NCBI GenBank assembly: GCA_963700635.1
Contig: CAVOYH010000005.1
Location: 247,949 to 311,948, forward strand
Direction: 5' to 3'
From: an uncultured Bacteroidota bacterium
GTDB lineage: Bacteria; Bacteroidota; Ignavibacteria; UBA10030; UBA6906
DNA: 64,000 nt
Both the position numbers and the translations under genes were made by a program. How positions within the stretch are numbered: position 1 is the stretch's first letter; each line of letters opens with the position of its first letter. The notes beneath the pieces are model-generated. The model was not told where the DNA came from and searched no databases. It saw nothing but the letters and a program-made list of their open reading frames with translations. Shown piece by piece: positions 9,498-19,429 of the stretch.

Positions 9498-10466
9498 TTA
9501 CTGCCGCACCATCCAGAATGAACCCGGTTCTCTTCCGATTTGTGTTTTGAAAACAGGACACTTTGAGGAAAACTCGTCAGTGTACCGGTGCGAGAGGTAG
9601 TTCAGTGCAGCGATTATCCGGTAGTCGGAATTCAGAGATAAGAATGCCTCCAGCAGGTACTGTTCATTCCAGAAGTAACGGCCCAGCATTTCACGCGGAT
9701 AGTCATATGGTGTGGAGATATCGTGAATATGTACCAGCACGCCTTTCTGCAGTACCGGCAGAATCTCGAGGTATTCAAAAAGGACATCCCCCTGGGGCCG
9801 GATCATGTGCGATGAGTCTATAAAGAGAATGTCGTTGGCCTGCAGACTCTTAAAGAGGGACAGGTCGATCCGTTCGACTCTCTCTCGGATGACTTCCACG
9901 CCGATCTGATCCAGCCACGGGTGCTCGAACGGTTCAATACAGGTGTGCTGGCATCCCGTTGCGTTGGCTTTGATGGCCGCTGCTGCCATGAGCGTGGAGT
10001 ATCCGCTCCCAATTTCTATAACCTTCCTGGGTTCAAACCGCCGGATAACATTGTACAGGTACTCCGCGTCCCCGGAGCAGAAAGCGTCGTTGTTATAATA
10101 GAAGGTGTGCGGGTTGTCTGGCTTGCTGACAGGAAATTTCTCCAGCTCTGCATTAAATGTAAAACTCCCAAGCACCTCAAGCTGTTCCCGATCATTCAAG
10201 TTGATTCCAGGAAGATTTCTGACAACGCGGGATGGACCCGAGAGATGCCGGGGATGAAACAATGGCTCATAATAATGATCGACGATCGGGAAGACTCCGA
10301 CGCGCAAGAGGATAGATTTGCTGAGGCGGAAGTGCCTGAAGTTTCTCTCCCGCGCGGACCGAAGGAGGATCGCGGATAGTAATGTCAGCGGGGAGTAGAC
10401 GAAATCGATAATTATGTTCAAGACGGTTCGGACGGAAGAAAGGGCTGATCTGACAAGTGGATGCAT
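9498..10466 (-). CDS. Class I SAM-dependent methyltransferase (Methyltransf_24-like)
   Basis: IEIGSGYST, LFIDSSH, HIHDI and WNEQY motifs. Confidence 0.88.
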   Translation of the reverse strand: MHPLVRSALSSVRTVLNIIIDFVYSPLTLLSAILLRSARERNFRHFRLSKSILLRVGVFPIVDHYYEPLFHPRHLSGPSRVVRNLPGINLNDREQLEVLGSFTFNAELEKFPVSKPDNPHTFYYNNDAFCSGDAEYLYNVIRRFEPRKVIEIGSGYSTLMAAAAIKANATGCQHTCIEPFEHPWLDQIGVEVIRERVERIDLSLFKSLQANDILFIDSSHMIRPQGDVLFEYLEILPVLQKGVLVHIHDISTPYDYPREMLGRYFWNEQYLLEAFLSLNSDYRIIAALNYLSHRYTDEFSSKCPVFKTQIGREPGSFWMVRQ

Positions 10467-10623
10467 GTCCTGCCTGATTATCGGTACATTATCGTTTGAT
10501 TTCTACGGGGATGATCGACCGGAGTGGAATCCAGGAGACCAAAAAACATTCGTAAAAACAAAGGTACGGGGGTGATGCAAGAGTAGCAAGGAGAAAAGGG
10601 GGGCAGGTTCGCCTTAACAGAAC

Positions 10624-10649
10624 TGGCCCGCCCGTGATGGGGCGAGCCA
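10624..10649 (-). terminator. GC-rich hairpin downstream of tRNA-Ser(GGA)
   Basis: TGGCCCGCCC/GGGCGAGCCA inverted repeat; U-tract is weak. Confidence 0.45.
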
Positions 10650-10667
10650 ATGGCTTTGTTCCTTAGC

Positions 10668-10757
10668 TGGCGGAGAGGGTGGGATTCGAACCCACGATAC
10701 CGTTGCCAGTATACCACCTTTCCAGGGTGGCCAGTTCAACCGCTCCTGCACCTCTCC
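10668..10757 (-). tRNA. tRNA-Ser(GGA)
   Basis: Reverse complement GGAGAGG...CCACC-CTGGAAA-GGTGG, long variable arm, GGTTCGAATCC, CCTCTCCGCCA with encoded CCA. Confidence 0.96.
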
Positions 10758-10866
10758 AGGGTCAGCAAATCGTTAAAATATAAGAAGATGGCAGTGGAAT
10801 TGCAATTTGAAATTGTCCCGCGGCGTGGTATATTCATGGAACGCACAAACGCACCTGCCCATCCCG

Positions 10867-12378
10867 ATGCCCTCACATAACCTTACTGTCGCACGCAATG
10901 CCCTCTGGAATCATGCCGGCAAACTGACGGACTACATCGCCTGGTATTGCTCTTCCGTCCTGATTGCCCGGGGATTGGGTGTTGAACTGAACGGCGTTCT
11001 GGCAGGGATGGTGAGCGGAATCCACCTGTTGCTCGCCGTTAGTTCTGTTGGGCTGGAGGTCGCTATCAACAAGTTCCTACCCCAACTTGCCGGCGACGAT
11101 ATCGCGTCTCGGGCCAGGAAGATTATCCGCAAGGCAGCACTCGCCCGGATTCTCCTCTATCTGGGGGTTTCTGCTGTCGTTATTCTCGCGTCCCGATGGA
11201 TGTGGGGGGATCCGCTGGGATTCTCACCGTCAATCCTTGTGACCCTCTTCTTTTACGGCCTGCTTCGCGGACTCGCCCCCCTTGCAGCGATGGTGCTCAT
11301 CGCACAGTGGCACACTGACCGTGCAGCGGTTATCAGCGGTACGACTCGTCTTCTGGAACTCATGATTCTTGTCGTGCTCTATAACATGGGCATGTCTTTG
11401 GAGTCGGTCATTCTTGTTCTCACTGGCACATTTGCCATCCAGCTCCTGGGGTATCTGATGGCGGCGAAGAAATACTGGATCGGGCAGGAAACGGCTGTCC
11501 CGATGCGCCCGATCTGGATTTTTGGGACAATATTCTGGGCTAACACAATGGTGGACTATTTCCTTGGACGTCAGGGTGATATCCTCTTCCTTACTCTCCT
11601 TAGTCCGTCTACCTCCTCGGCGGCACTATACGACATTTCGTATTCCATTCTGCAGGCCGGCGCGATGGTCATGACTATGGGTTTTTCCGGAGTAACGCTG
11701 GCAGCGTTTGCCCGGCTGGCGCTCGGGGCGCGGGATTCGATGGATCGATTCTATGGGAGTCTTGTACGTATTACTTCTCTTCTCATGATCCCTGTGATGG
11801 GCTTTCTTTTTGTAGTGGCTTCTGATATCATACAGCTACTTTATACGGATGCGTACGCAGGTGCGTCCGTGGTGCTTCAGGTGATGCTTCTGTTTCGTAT
11901 CACGTCACGTTTGTTTGCGGGGGGCGAAAACGCTGACTATCTCCTTGCACTGAACAAGGTGGGGGATGTCGTCTGGATTGGTGTGATCGGGGCGGGGGTC
12001 ACGGTGGTAATGCACCTGATCCTCATCCCCCGTTTTGATGTTGTTGGAGCGGCTTGGGCCGCGGGCGTCGGAACATTGTCTGCAAATGCCTTGGGTATTC
12101 TTCGGGTCAGACAGTATGGGAGTGCGACAATCCAGTGGCGCACGTGGGGGATTGTATTGGGGATCACGGGTGCAGCCGGTCTTGTGGCCCATTCCCTGCC
12201 TGTGCCCGGTGCGCAGCCCGCGGGAATACTTATCAGGGGGTTTGTATATCTGGGCCTTGTTTCCGGTTTGGCCATGGTTTTCAGACCACTGGAGTTTCAT
12301 GATGCCAATACCGTCTCGTCAATTTCACCGAGATTACAGAGTGTAGTTGGACGTCTTGCACGGAGCCTGAGAGAATGA
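10867..12378 (+). CDS. Wzx-like oligosaccharide flippase
   Basis: About 12-14 TM helices, VARNALWN start, LIPRFDVVGAAWA motif; first gene of the GT operon. Confidence 0.8.
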   Translation: MPSHNLTVARNALWNHAGKLTDYIAWYCSSVLIARGLGVELNGVLAGMVSGIHLLLAVSSVGLEVAINKFLPQLAGDDIASRARKIIRKAALARILLYLGVSAVVILASRWMWGDPLGFSPSILVTLFFYGLLRGLAPLAAMVLIAQWHTDRAAVISGTTRLLELMILVVLYNMGMSLESVILVLTGTFAIQLLGYLMAAKKYWIGQETAVPMRPIWIFGTIFWANTMVDYFLGRQGDILFLTLLSPSTSSAALYDISYSILQAGAMVMTMGFSGVTLAAFARLALGARDSMDRFYGSLVRITSLLMIPVMGFLFVVASDIIQLLYTDAYAGASVVLQVMLLFRITSRLFAGGENADYLLALNKVGDVVWIGVIGAGVTVVMHLILIPRFDVVGAAWAAGVGTLSANALGILRVRQYGSATIQWRTWGIVLGITGAAGLVAHSLPVPGAQPAGILIRGFVYLGLVSGLAMVFRPLEFHDANTVSSISPRLQSVVGRLARSLRE

Positions 12379-12394
12379 GGATGAGATCACCAGG

Positions 12395-13537
12395 ATGAAG
12401 ATCGGCTACGCATATCTTGAGCATGGTATGACGGGGGGGATTGAGAGAGCGTCCCGTGATCTCGCCGGTGCCATGGCAGTAAGAGGTCACGAAGTGCACT
12501 ACTATTGCGTTCGTTCGACCGCTCAACCTCCGTGCAATGTGGCCATACACCGGGTCTGGGCACCGGGACCCACTCATGCGGCGCAGCTTGCCTCATTCGC
12601 CCTTTGTGCACCGCGAATGTTGAGCAGAGGCGGATATGCGATCACTCACTCTCATGGTACGATGATCGGTGCAGATGTTGTCACGGCACACAGTTGTCAC
12701 GAAGCAGGGCTCAAACGTATTCAACACAATAGCATGGGCGTCCGCGAAAGGACAAAGAACTTTGGGATAGCAGATCAGATACGACTCTACATTGAGCGCG
12801 CCAATTTTGTAGGGCGACGCTACAAAGCAGTCCTTGCCGTCTCGCATGGCGTCCGGCAAGAGCTGATGGAGGTGTATGGAGTTCCGCGTTCAGACATTAC
12901 GGTTGTCCCCAATGGGATCGATCTTTTGCGCTTTCCTCAGGAGGAAAGGGAGTATCACCGGAAGGCGGTCCGTGAGGCTCACGGGTTGCCGCATAACGCA
13001 ATTATCCTTCTTTTTGTTGGAAACGAGTTCCACAGAAAAGGACTCTCGGTGCTGATTCACGCTCTGAAACTCGTCAACCGTCGGGACGTGTATGTATTCG
13101 TAGCGGGAGGAGACGATGCTGCTCCGTATGTCGAGCGTGCAGGAGTATTGGGTGTTGCTGATCGGGTGAAATTCCTCGGCAAAGTTGCGCGTGTTGAGCC
13201 TCTCTATCTCGCAGCGGACCAGTTTCTTTTGCCGTCGAGTTATGAGGCGTTCTCCGTTGCAATGCTTGAAGCCGCCGCCGCTGGACTCCCGCTTGTGCTG
13301 ACACCCGTAAGCGGAACCGGCGAAGTTCTCGTCGATGGAACAACCGGGTTCTCTGTTCAACAGGAGCCCGGGTCACTTGCTCGCGCCATCCAGCAGATCA
13401 TCGGGAGTGAATCTCTCGGTCGGTTGATGGGAGCCGCTGCGCGTCATGCCGCGCAGCGGTTTTCTTGGGATCGTATTGCGGAAGAAACAGCTGAGGTATA
13501 TTCCTGCATTTGTCTACAACAGAAGAAGGTCTTGTGA
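12395..13537 (+). CDS. Glycosyltransferase family 4
   Basis: GGIER, VVPNGID, RKGL and SSYEAFSVAMLEAAAAGLP (EX7E) motifs. Confidence 0.92.
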   Translation: MKIGYAYLEHGMTGGIERASRDLAGAMAVRGHEVHYYCVRSTAQPPCNVAIHRVWAPGPTHAAQLASFALCAPRMLSRGGYAITHSHGTMIGADVVTAHSCHEAGLKRIQHNSMGVRERTKNFGIADQIRLYIERANFVGRRYKAVLAVSHGVRQELMEVYGVPRSDITVVPNGIDLLRFPQEEREYHRKAVREAHGLPHNAIILLFVGNEFHRKGLSVLIHALKLVNRRDVYVFVAGGDDAAPYVERAGVLGVADRVKFLGKVARVEPLYLAADQFLLPSSYEAFSVAMLEAAAAGLPLVLTPVSGTGEVLVDGTTGFSVQQEPGSLARAIQQIIGSESLGRLMGAAARHAAQRFSWDRIAEETAEVYSCICLQQKKVL

Positions 13538-13556
13538 ACATCCCCTGCGAAGCGCT

Positions 13557-15095
13557 TTGAAGACCACCCCACATCGTCTCTACGCGATTTTCGGGACAGC
13601 GCTCGGGCTTGCCCAAATCACGATGGTCTGGTTTCATCGGTATCTCCCGATGTATGATTACCCCATATGGCTCTATGAAGTGAAATGTTTACATCGATTG
13701 GTTGAAGGGAATGAAGCCTATACGAGAGTGTTTGAGTGTGCCACGGGCCCTGTTCCCAATATGGCTTTTGTGGGAGGCGCTTCACTTCTCTCGTTGTTGT
13801 TCTCATTAGAAACTTCAGGCAAGATTCTCCTGAGTCTGTGTATCATCGGATTTCCGTGGTCATGGCTCTGGGTCGTCCGTCGTGTTGTTGGCGAGTACCG
13901 TGGATTGGAATACTTAGGATTTCCCCTGACGCTAAATCTCTTTTTCTGGGGTCGCACATCATACCTGCTCGCGTTGATAGTGTTTGTCGTTGCGGTTGGA
14001 TGGCTCTACCTCCGCCGTAACGATTCAAACGTCCGTCTTCTTATCGCGCTGGCCGGCCTCTCCGTTGTCTTCTTTTTCCTGCATGGTGCGATTTTGGCAC
14101 TATGGTGTCTGGTTGCATCCATACTCCTGTTTTCTTCACCTGGCCATCTTCGAGATAAGTTGAAAATGATTGGGGTTGCGCTTTCCCCTGCAGTTGTGCT
14201 GGCCCTCTGGCACCATCTGAGTGTCGGCGTGTCAACCACTGTCCAAAGCACGTGGGGTTTTGTCGCCCTTGCCCGAAATCTCTTGAAACCACTTATGCTT
14301 TTCGTGAAGAGTTATGAATTGCCTTCCATGGTGCCGCTCTCGCTATTGAACGGTCTGTGGCTTCTTCTGCTTTGCATAAGCATGGTGCCGGTGGGTCGTT
14401 GGCTGCTCTCACGAAATGGCGTTCGGCAGCCTCTTTTTCCGACGATTGTGTTGTGCTTGCTGGCCGCAGTGATCCTCCCTAATGATGCCTTTGGCATTTC
14501 GTCGCCGGGCGGATACTGCGTTCTCCCGGCTATCTTCTTGATGATAATATCCGGTCCTCGGGCGGAACCGAGTCGCTGGCGTGCGGTTCCGTTGCTCCTT
14601 GTAACGCTAGTGCTGACTGCATACACGTTTCACCATGTCCAGAGGGTGGATACCTTAATGTCAGAATTTGTCGGTGACATTCGTCGAAATACAACATCTT
14701 CCAATCTTCACTTAACGATTAGGTATGATTGGCCTGCGGGATCAGGAGCGTTCGATGCTATCTCAGCTTCTGTGAATCCTTTATTCGGTGCGCACTACTA
14801 TTCTCTGCTCGAAACGGATGGAATCGCAATAATTCATGGAACATCTCTCCTTCGTGTTAGATCGGATTCGCGGTGGCTACACCCCCCCTTCAGCGGGGCC
14901 ACTCGTCAGAAATATCATGAGTCGGTACTCGACAATGTCGATTGGTGCCGTCGATTTGTATCAATTTCGGTAACCGGGAGCAATCCGGAGGCTGCAGAGA
15001 CCGTTGCACTGCTGCAAACAATGAGATTCTCTACAGTGTGCGCAAAACCTTTATGGACGATACTCGTCAATGCCCAGAGACCAGAAGAACAATGA
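13557..15095 (+). CDS. Multi-pass membrane protein, putative GT-C fold glycosyltransferase/ligase
   Basis: About 11 TM segments, first loop YLPMYDYP...PVPN, soluble C-terminal domain; start inferred at TTG 13557. Confidence 0.6.
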   Translation: MKTTPHRLYAIFGTALGLAQITMVWFHRYLPMYDYPIWLYEVKCLHRLVEGNEAYTRVFECATGPVPNMAFVGGASLLSLLFSLETSGKILLSLCIIGFPWSWLWVVRRVVGEYRGLEYLGFPLTLNLFFWGRTSYLLALIVFVVAVGWLYLRRNDSNVRLLIALAGLSVVFFFLHGAILALWCLVASILLFSSPGHLRDKLKMIGVALSPAVVLALWHHLSVGVSTTVQSTWGFVALARNLLKPLMLFVKSYELPSMVPLSLLNGLWLLLLCISMVPVGRWLLSRNGVRQPLFPTIVLCLLAAVILPNDAFGISSPGGYCVLPAIFLMIISGPRAEPSRWRAVPLLLVTLVLTAYTFHHVQRVDTLMSEFVGDIRRNTTSSNLHLTIRYDWPAGSGAFDAISASVNPLFGAHYYSLLETDGIAIIHGTSLLRVRSDSRWLHPPFSGATRQKYHESVLDNVDWCRRFVSISVTGSNPEAAETVALLQTMRFSTVCAKPLWTILVNAQRPEEQ

Positions 15096-16270
15096 CGTGT
15101 TTCCAATCAGAACCAAGGAACATACTGGTCGCCCAGACCATCTACCTGGGTGACCTCCTCCTTACGCTCCCGCTTCTGACGGCCCTCCGTGCACGGTACC
15201 CATCTGCAGCCATCGACCTGCTTGTTCAGAAAGATTTGTCCGATCTGATATCCCTTCATCCGGCTGTACGGCGGGTCCTTTCGCTGGATAGGACAGGTGA
15301 GCACCGCGGAATTCGTGGACTCCTCCGGCTCGTCCGTGAGATCCGTGGCGAGAAGTATAATATGGCCATCGTTCTGCCCGGCTCTATACGAACAGCACTG
15401 CTCTGTCTGGTCTCAGGAGTCCCGAGGCGGATCGGATGGGATCCTGGCACGGCGCTCAGCGGGCAGATGAAGCGGGTGCGTTTTTCCGGGGCGATGCACA
15501 CTCTCCCTTTTGTCCGGCCGATTCTCTGTTTCGAATTGCTCTACCGGGTGAGTCGCCCCCTCCGGAAACTCCTGCCTCCACTCTTTACGGACACGCTTGA
15601 GTTTCATCCAGGTGATCATGCATCCGCACGCTGGGTTGGCCTCGTACGTCGTTCAGATTCCTCAGTTTCCGAATCGATCCCCGCACCCTGGCTGCAAATT
15701 CCGGAATCCACCCGGACCAACATCGCGTCGAGGTATCCATCCTCAAGGAAGGGAGGTGTGGTGTTAGCACCCGGAGCGACGCAGCCCACCCGACGTTGGC
15801 CAGTGGATCACTTTGGATTGCTTGCCCGTAACCTGGCAGCCGATGGGTACTCCGTGTACATACTTGGTGGCGTAACTGATAGGGAGCTTTCCGAACAGAT
15901 AGCCCGGATAGCGGGATCTCCGGGCGTACTGGCTGTGGCGGGGGAGCTCACGCCTCTCGAGTCAATGGAGCTCGTCCGGCAGAGCGTTGTTGTGGTCGCA
16001 AACGACTCGGCTCCTGTGCATATGGGATCGGCGATGGGGACCCCTACAGTTGCACTCTTCGGGCCGACTCTTCCTTCGTTCGGTTTTGCACCTCTCGCGC
16101 CGGGTAGCCGGATACTCGAACGCTTCGGATTGCCGTGCCGACCCTGTACTGTGTATGGAAGCAGCTCTTGTCCTGTGGGAACATTAGAGTGTTTGAAGTC
16201 CATTAGTGTTGACGAAGTTTACGCCGCCGTGGTCGCCATTTCCGAAACAACTCGTGCCCGTAGCACATGA
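15092..16270 (+). CDS. Glycosyltransferase family 9 (heptosyltransferase-like)
   Basis: YLGDLLLTLP, APGA..RRWP and NDSAPVHMG..TVALFGPT motifs, Cys-rich tail; ATGA overlap with the upstream gene. Confidence 0.9.
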   Translation: MTCFQSEPRNILVAQTIYLGDLLLTLPLLTALRARYPSAAIDLLVQKDLSDLISLHPAVRRVLSLDRTGEHRGIRGLLRLVREIRGEKYNMAIVLPGSIRTALLCLVSGVPRRIGWDPGTALSGQMKRVRFSGAMHTLPFVRPILCFELLYRVSRPLRKLLPPLFTDTLEFHPGDHASARWVGLVRRSDSSVSESIPAPWLQIPESTRTNIASRYPSSRKGGVVLAPGATQPTRRWPVDHFGLLARNLAADGYSVYILGGVTDRELSEQIARIAGSPGVLAVAGELTPLESMELVRQSVVVVANDSAPVHMGSAMGTPTVALFGPTLPSFGFAPLAPGSRILERFGLPCRPCTVYGSSSCPVGTLECLKSISVDEVYAAVVAISETTRARST

Positions 16271-17526
16271 CAAACAGCAAGATTCTCATCGTTGATCATC
16301 ATGCGATCCACCTCCAGGGACGGGGCCTCTATCAAGAACTCGCGAAGACGGAAGGGTACACGCTGCGCGTGATTGCCCCGCGTGTGTGGAGGGAATACGG
16401 CCTCACAAACTACTTTGACGCCTTTGCCCATCTGCCCGGGAATGCAGAGACTCTCACAGGCAACAACGCGAGGACTCTGACTTCCGCCCATGGCACCCTA
16501 AGCGTAATCCCTTCGTCACTGCTCTTCGGGGGAAAGCCTCATCGGAACTTCTATTGTCGTCTCGCGCGCGAATTGCGCACGTTTCGTCCCGACATCCTTC
16601 TTGTGAATTCGGAGCCGGAAGGGTTTCTGGCCTGCCAGGCGATATTTCTCTGTGGAATCTTTCGATTGGAAACCGAGGTTCTGTTTACCACCTGGCGCAA
16701 TATGCGCTATGGCGATCCCGGTGTGCCCTTCCCGGTGAAATGGCCGTGGCTCAGCCGGTTGATCGAGAACTACGTTCTCCCCCGCGCCGCTCATGGTATT
16801 GCCCATTCACCGTCTGCAACCGGGATATTCCAATCGCGAAGATTTAACCGGATGTCGTATATTCCTCCCTGGGTGGATGTGGAACGATTCAGCGGAGATT
16901 CTGGGAAACAGGGTGTCCATACCGGAGGATACGCTACCCCTGCTAAATTGCGCGTCGGCTTCGTCGGACGACTGGTTCGTGAGAAGGGGGTTGATCTTCT
17001 GGTGAAGGCGCTGCAAGACGCCGGATTCGCGTTCTCTCTCACCATCGTAGGCGACGGACCAGAAAAGGGGAGGCTTGAAAGATTAGTCCATGCCTCCGGG
17101 CTATCGGAACACTGTACCTTCCTTCTCCCTGTGCCGCAGGACGCTATTCCGGATGTGATGCAAAGATTCGACGTGCTCGTTCTTCCATCCCGGGGACGTT
17201 CCGGATGGAAGGAACAATTCGGAAGAGTCCTTATCGAGGCAATGGCAAGCGGTGTGGTTGTGATTGGATCCGACAGCGGAGACATCCCGGAAGTTATTGG
17301 CGGGGCTGGATGTATTTTCAGAGAAGAAGATAGCGAAGTACTCCGGACGATTCTGCAGAGACTCGCCGGCGATGAAAGGCTGCGACAGACTTACAAAGAG
17401 GCGGGAATTCGCAGGGTTACCGATGAGTATTCATTGGCGGTGGCAGTGAATCGTTACCGTGAGCTCTTTGACACGTTGAAGTTCAAACGAGAAATCCGTA
17501 CGATAGATGAAAGATCCTCGAAATAG
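16267..17526 (+). CDS. Glycosyltransferase family 4
   Basis: GRLVREKGV and WKEQFGRVLIEAMASG motifs; ATGA overlap. Confidence 0.92.
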   Translation: MTNSKILIVDHHAIHLQGRGLYQELAKTEGYTLRVIAPRVWREYGLTNYFDAFAHLPGNAETLTGNNARTLTSAHGTLSVIPSSLLFGGKPHRNFYCRLARELRTFRPDILLVNSEPEGFLACQAIFLCGIFRLETEVLFTTWRNMRYGDPGVPFPVKWPWLSRLIENYVLPRAAHGIAHSPSATGIFQSRRFNRMSYIPPWVDVERFSGDSGKQGVHTGGYATPAKLRVGFVGRLVREKGVDLLVKALQDAGFAFSLTIVGDGPEKGRLERLVHASGLSEHCTFLLPVPQDAIPDVMQRFDVLVLPSRGRSGWKEQFGRVLIEAMASGVVVIGSDSGDIPEVIGGAGCIFREEDSEVLRTILQRLAGDERLRQTYKEAGIRRVTDEYSLAVAVNRYRELFDTLKFKREIRTIDERSSK

Positions 17527-17534
17527 AGTCAGGC

Positions 17535-18693
17535 ATGATGCTCACACGGCTCCTGATAGCTGGCCGCGCACTGGTCAATGGACCCCGCGACCAGACCCCG
17601 CTGGACCCCGGCGCGGTCAGGTGCATCCTGACCAGCGAAGTGACGCGGCTGGGTGATGTCCTGACAACAATTCCTGCACTCCGCCATCTCCGCTCAGCGT
17701 TTCCCGATGCCCGCATCGTCTGTGTGACAGACAGACGTTTTGTTTCGCTGCTGAAGGCGTGCAATATAGACGTCGAAGTGCTGGGAGTCTCTGCAACCGA
17801 TACCATCGCCGGGTTATCCTCTGCCATCAGAACGGCCCGCCGGTACAAGCCCGATCTCGCACTCAGTCTCAGTCCGGCCAAACGGAACGCGGCCATTACT
17901 CTGGCATCAGGTGCACCGGCTGTGGCCGGATACTTCAGGCCGCTCAAGCAAGCGGCGCAACATCTGTTCCGGTCCGATGTTGAGGCGCAGGGGTTCGCAC
18001 TCCCACATTCATCAGCATACGAATCGGAACATCTGGAAAATCGCGCATTGCATGTTGTGGGTGCACTCACCGGTTACCCGGAGGCACCTGGACCGGAAAA
18101 TCTCCCTGTCAGCGGGTCCCCGGCAACAGGCCCTCGATAGACTCCGCAAACATTTGCCCGGTCTGGACATACCGTTCGTCGTGATCCATCCGTTTGCAGC
18201 GTGGCGCTACCGCGAATGGTCCGTTGAGAATTATGTTGCCCTGGGGAATATGGTGCTGGAAAGGTATGGACTTCCGGTGGTCTTCCTGGGTGAACACTCA
18301 GAGGCGTCTGCGCTCAGATCCATTGCCAGCCGCCTGCAGGAGAACAAGCGTGTCTCGGTATTTCCCTCCGATGATCTCCTCCTGTCAGCCGTGTTGCTTG
18401 AGAAGGCGACTCTGTTTGTAGGGAGTGATTCCGGGCCATTACATCTTGCCGCACTTCTGGGCACGCCGGTGGTCGGGTTGTTTGGCCCATCCACTCCGGC
18501 CCTTACAGCCCCCGTTGTGCCTCACGGTGCATTCTTGTACGACGCAGTCCCGTGCTCTCCGTGCGCTCAAACGACGTGCGTTCAACCTGAAGATCACTGC
18601 ATGCAGCGCCTTACCCCGGAGGCAGTCCTCGCAGCCATTGACCAGCTCCTCCAAACACCTCAAGCACACCGGATGGCCACACATGCAAAATGA
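17535..18693 (+). CDS. Glycosyltransferase family 9 split by one frameshift near 18118
   Basis: RLGDVLTTIP in ORF 17535..18140; HPFA..REW and DSGPLHLAA..GLFGP in ORF 17911..18693; junction at CCCC run. Confidence 0.85.
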
Positions 18694-19429
18694 CGGCGTG
18701 CTGGGAGTGCGTATAGATCCCTGCGAGAGTGATGGGCTTCTTAATGCAATCACCAGCAGCATCAAGGACCGGCGCAGCGACGTGTATGCGTATGCGAATA
18801 CCCATGCGCTGAATCTTGCCTGGTCGATGCCGGAATTCCGGGCATTTCTGAATTCAGCCCACACGGTCTACTGCGATGGGGAAGGGGTCCGGCTCGCCGC
18901 CCGGTTACTCGGCTTCCGTCTTCCGCGCCGGATCGCCCTGACCTATTTCTTCTGGGATATCTGCAGGGAGGCCGAGCGATTGGGATACAGTATGTTTCTT
19001 CTCGGCTCACAAGAGGAACAACTGCAGGATGCCCGGAGTCGAATCCTTGCACGCCATCCGGGGCTGCGCATTGCCGGATCACACCACGGCTTCTTCCCGA
19101 AAACCGGCCCCGAATCTGACGCCGTTGTCCGGACTATCCACTCGGCGAAACCGGACATTCTGTTTGTCGGATTTGGAATGCCCCTCCAGGAAAAGTGGAT
19201 CTCAGCAAACCGCGAACGGCTCACCGCCTCCGCAATTCTTCCGTGCGGCTCCATGATTGAGTATGCCAGCGGCCGGCGGACACTTGCTCCTGCATGGATG
19301 AGCAACCATGGTCTGGAGTGGGTCTACAGGCTTTTTCAGGAGCCGGGACGTCTGTGGAAACGTTACCTGCTGGGTAACCCCCTGTTTCTGTTACGGGTGA
19401 TACGGCAACGATGGAGCAGAACACAATGA
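18683..19429 (+). CDS. WecB/TagA/CpsF family glycosyltransferase
   Basis: YCDGEG, HHGFF, VGFGMPLQEKW and GLEWVYRLFQEPGRLWKRY motifs. Confidence 0.93.
   Translation: MQNDGVLGVRIDPCESDGLLNAITSSIKDRRSDVYAYANTHALNLAWSMPEFRAFLNSAHTVYCDGEGVRLAARLLGFRLPRRIALTYFFWDICREAERLGYSMFLLGSQEEQLQDARSRILARHPGLRIAGSHHGFFPKTGPESDAVVRTIHSAKPDILFVGFGMPLQEKWISANRERLTASAILPCGSMIEYASGRRTLAPAWMSNHGLEWVYRLFQEPGRLWKRYLLGNPLFLLRVIRQRWSRTQ

Noticed and set aside
10478-10880. Short ORFs overlapping the tRNA genes (also 180..368 and 28190..28974)
   Set aside because: They are translations of tRNA sequence, not proteins
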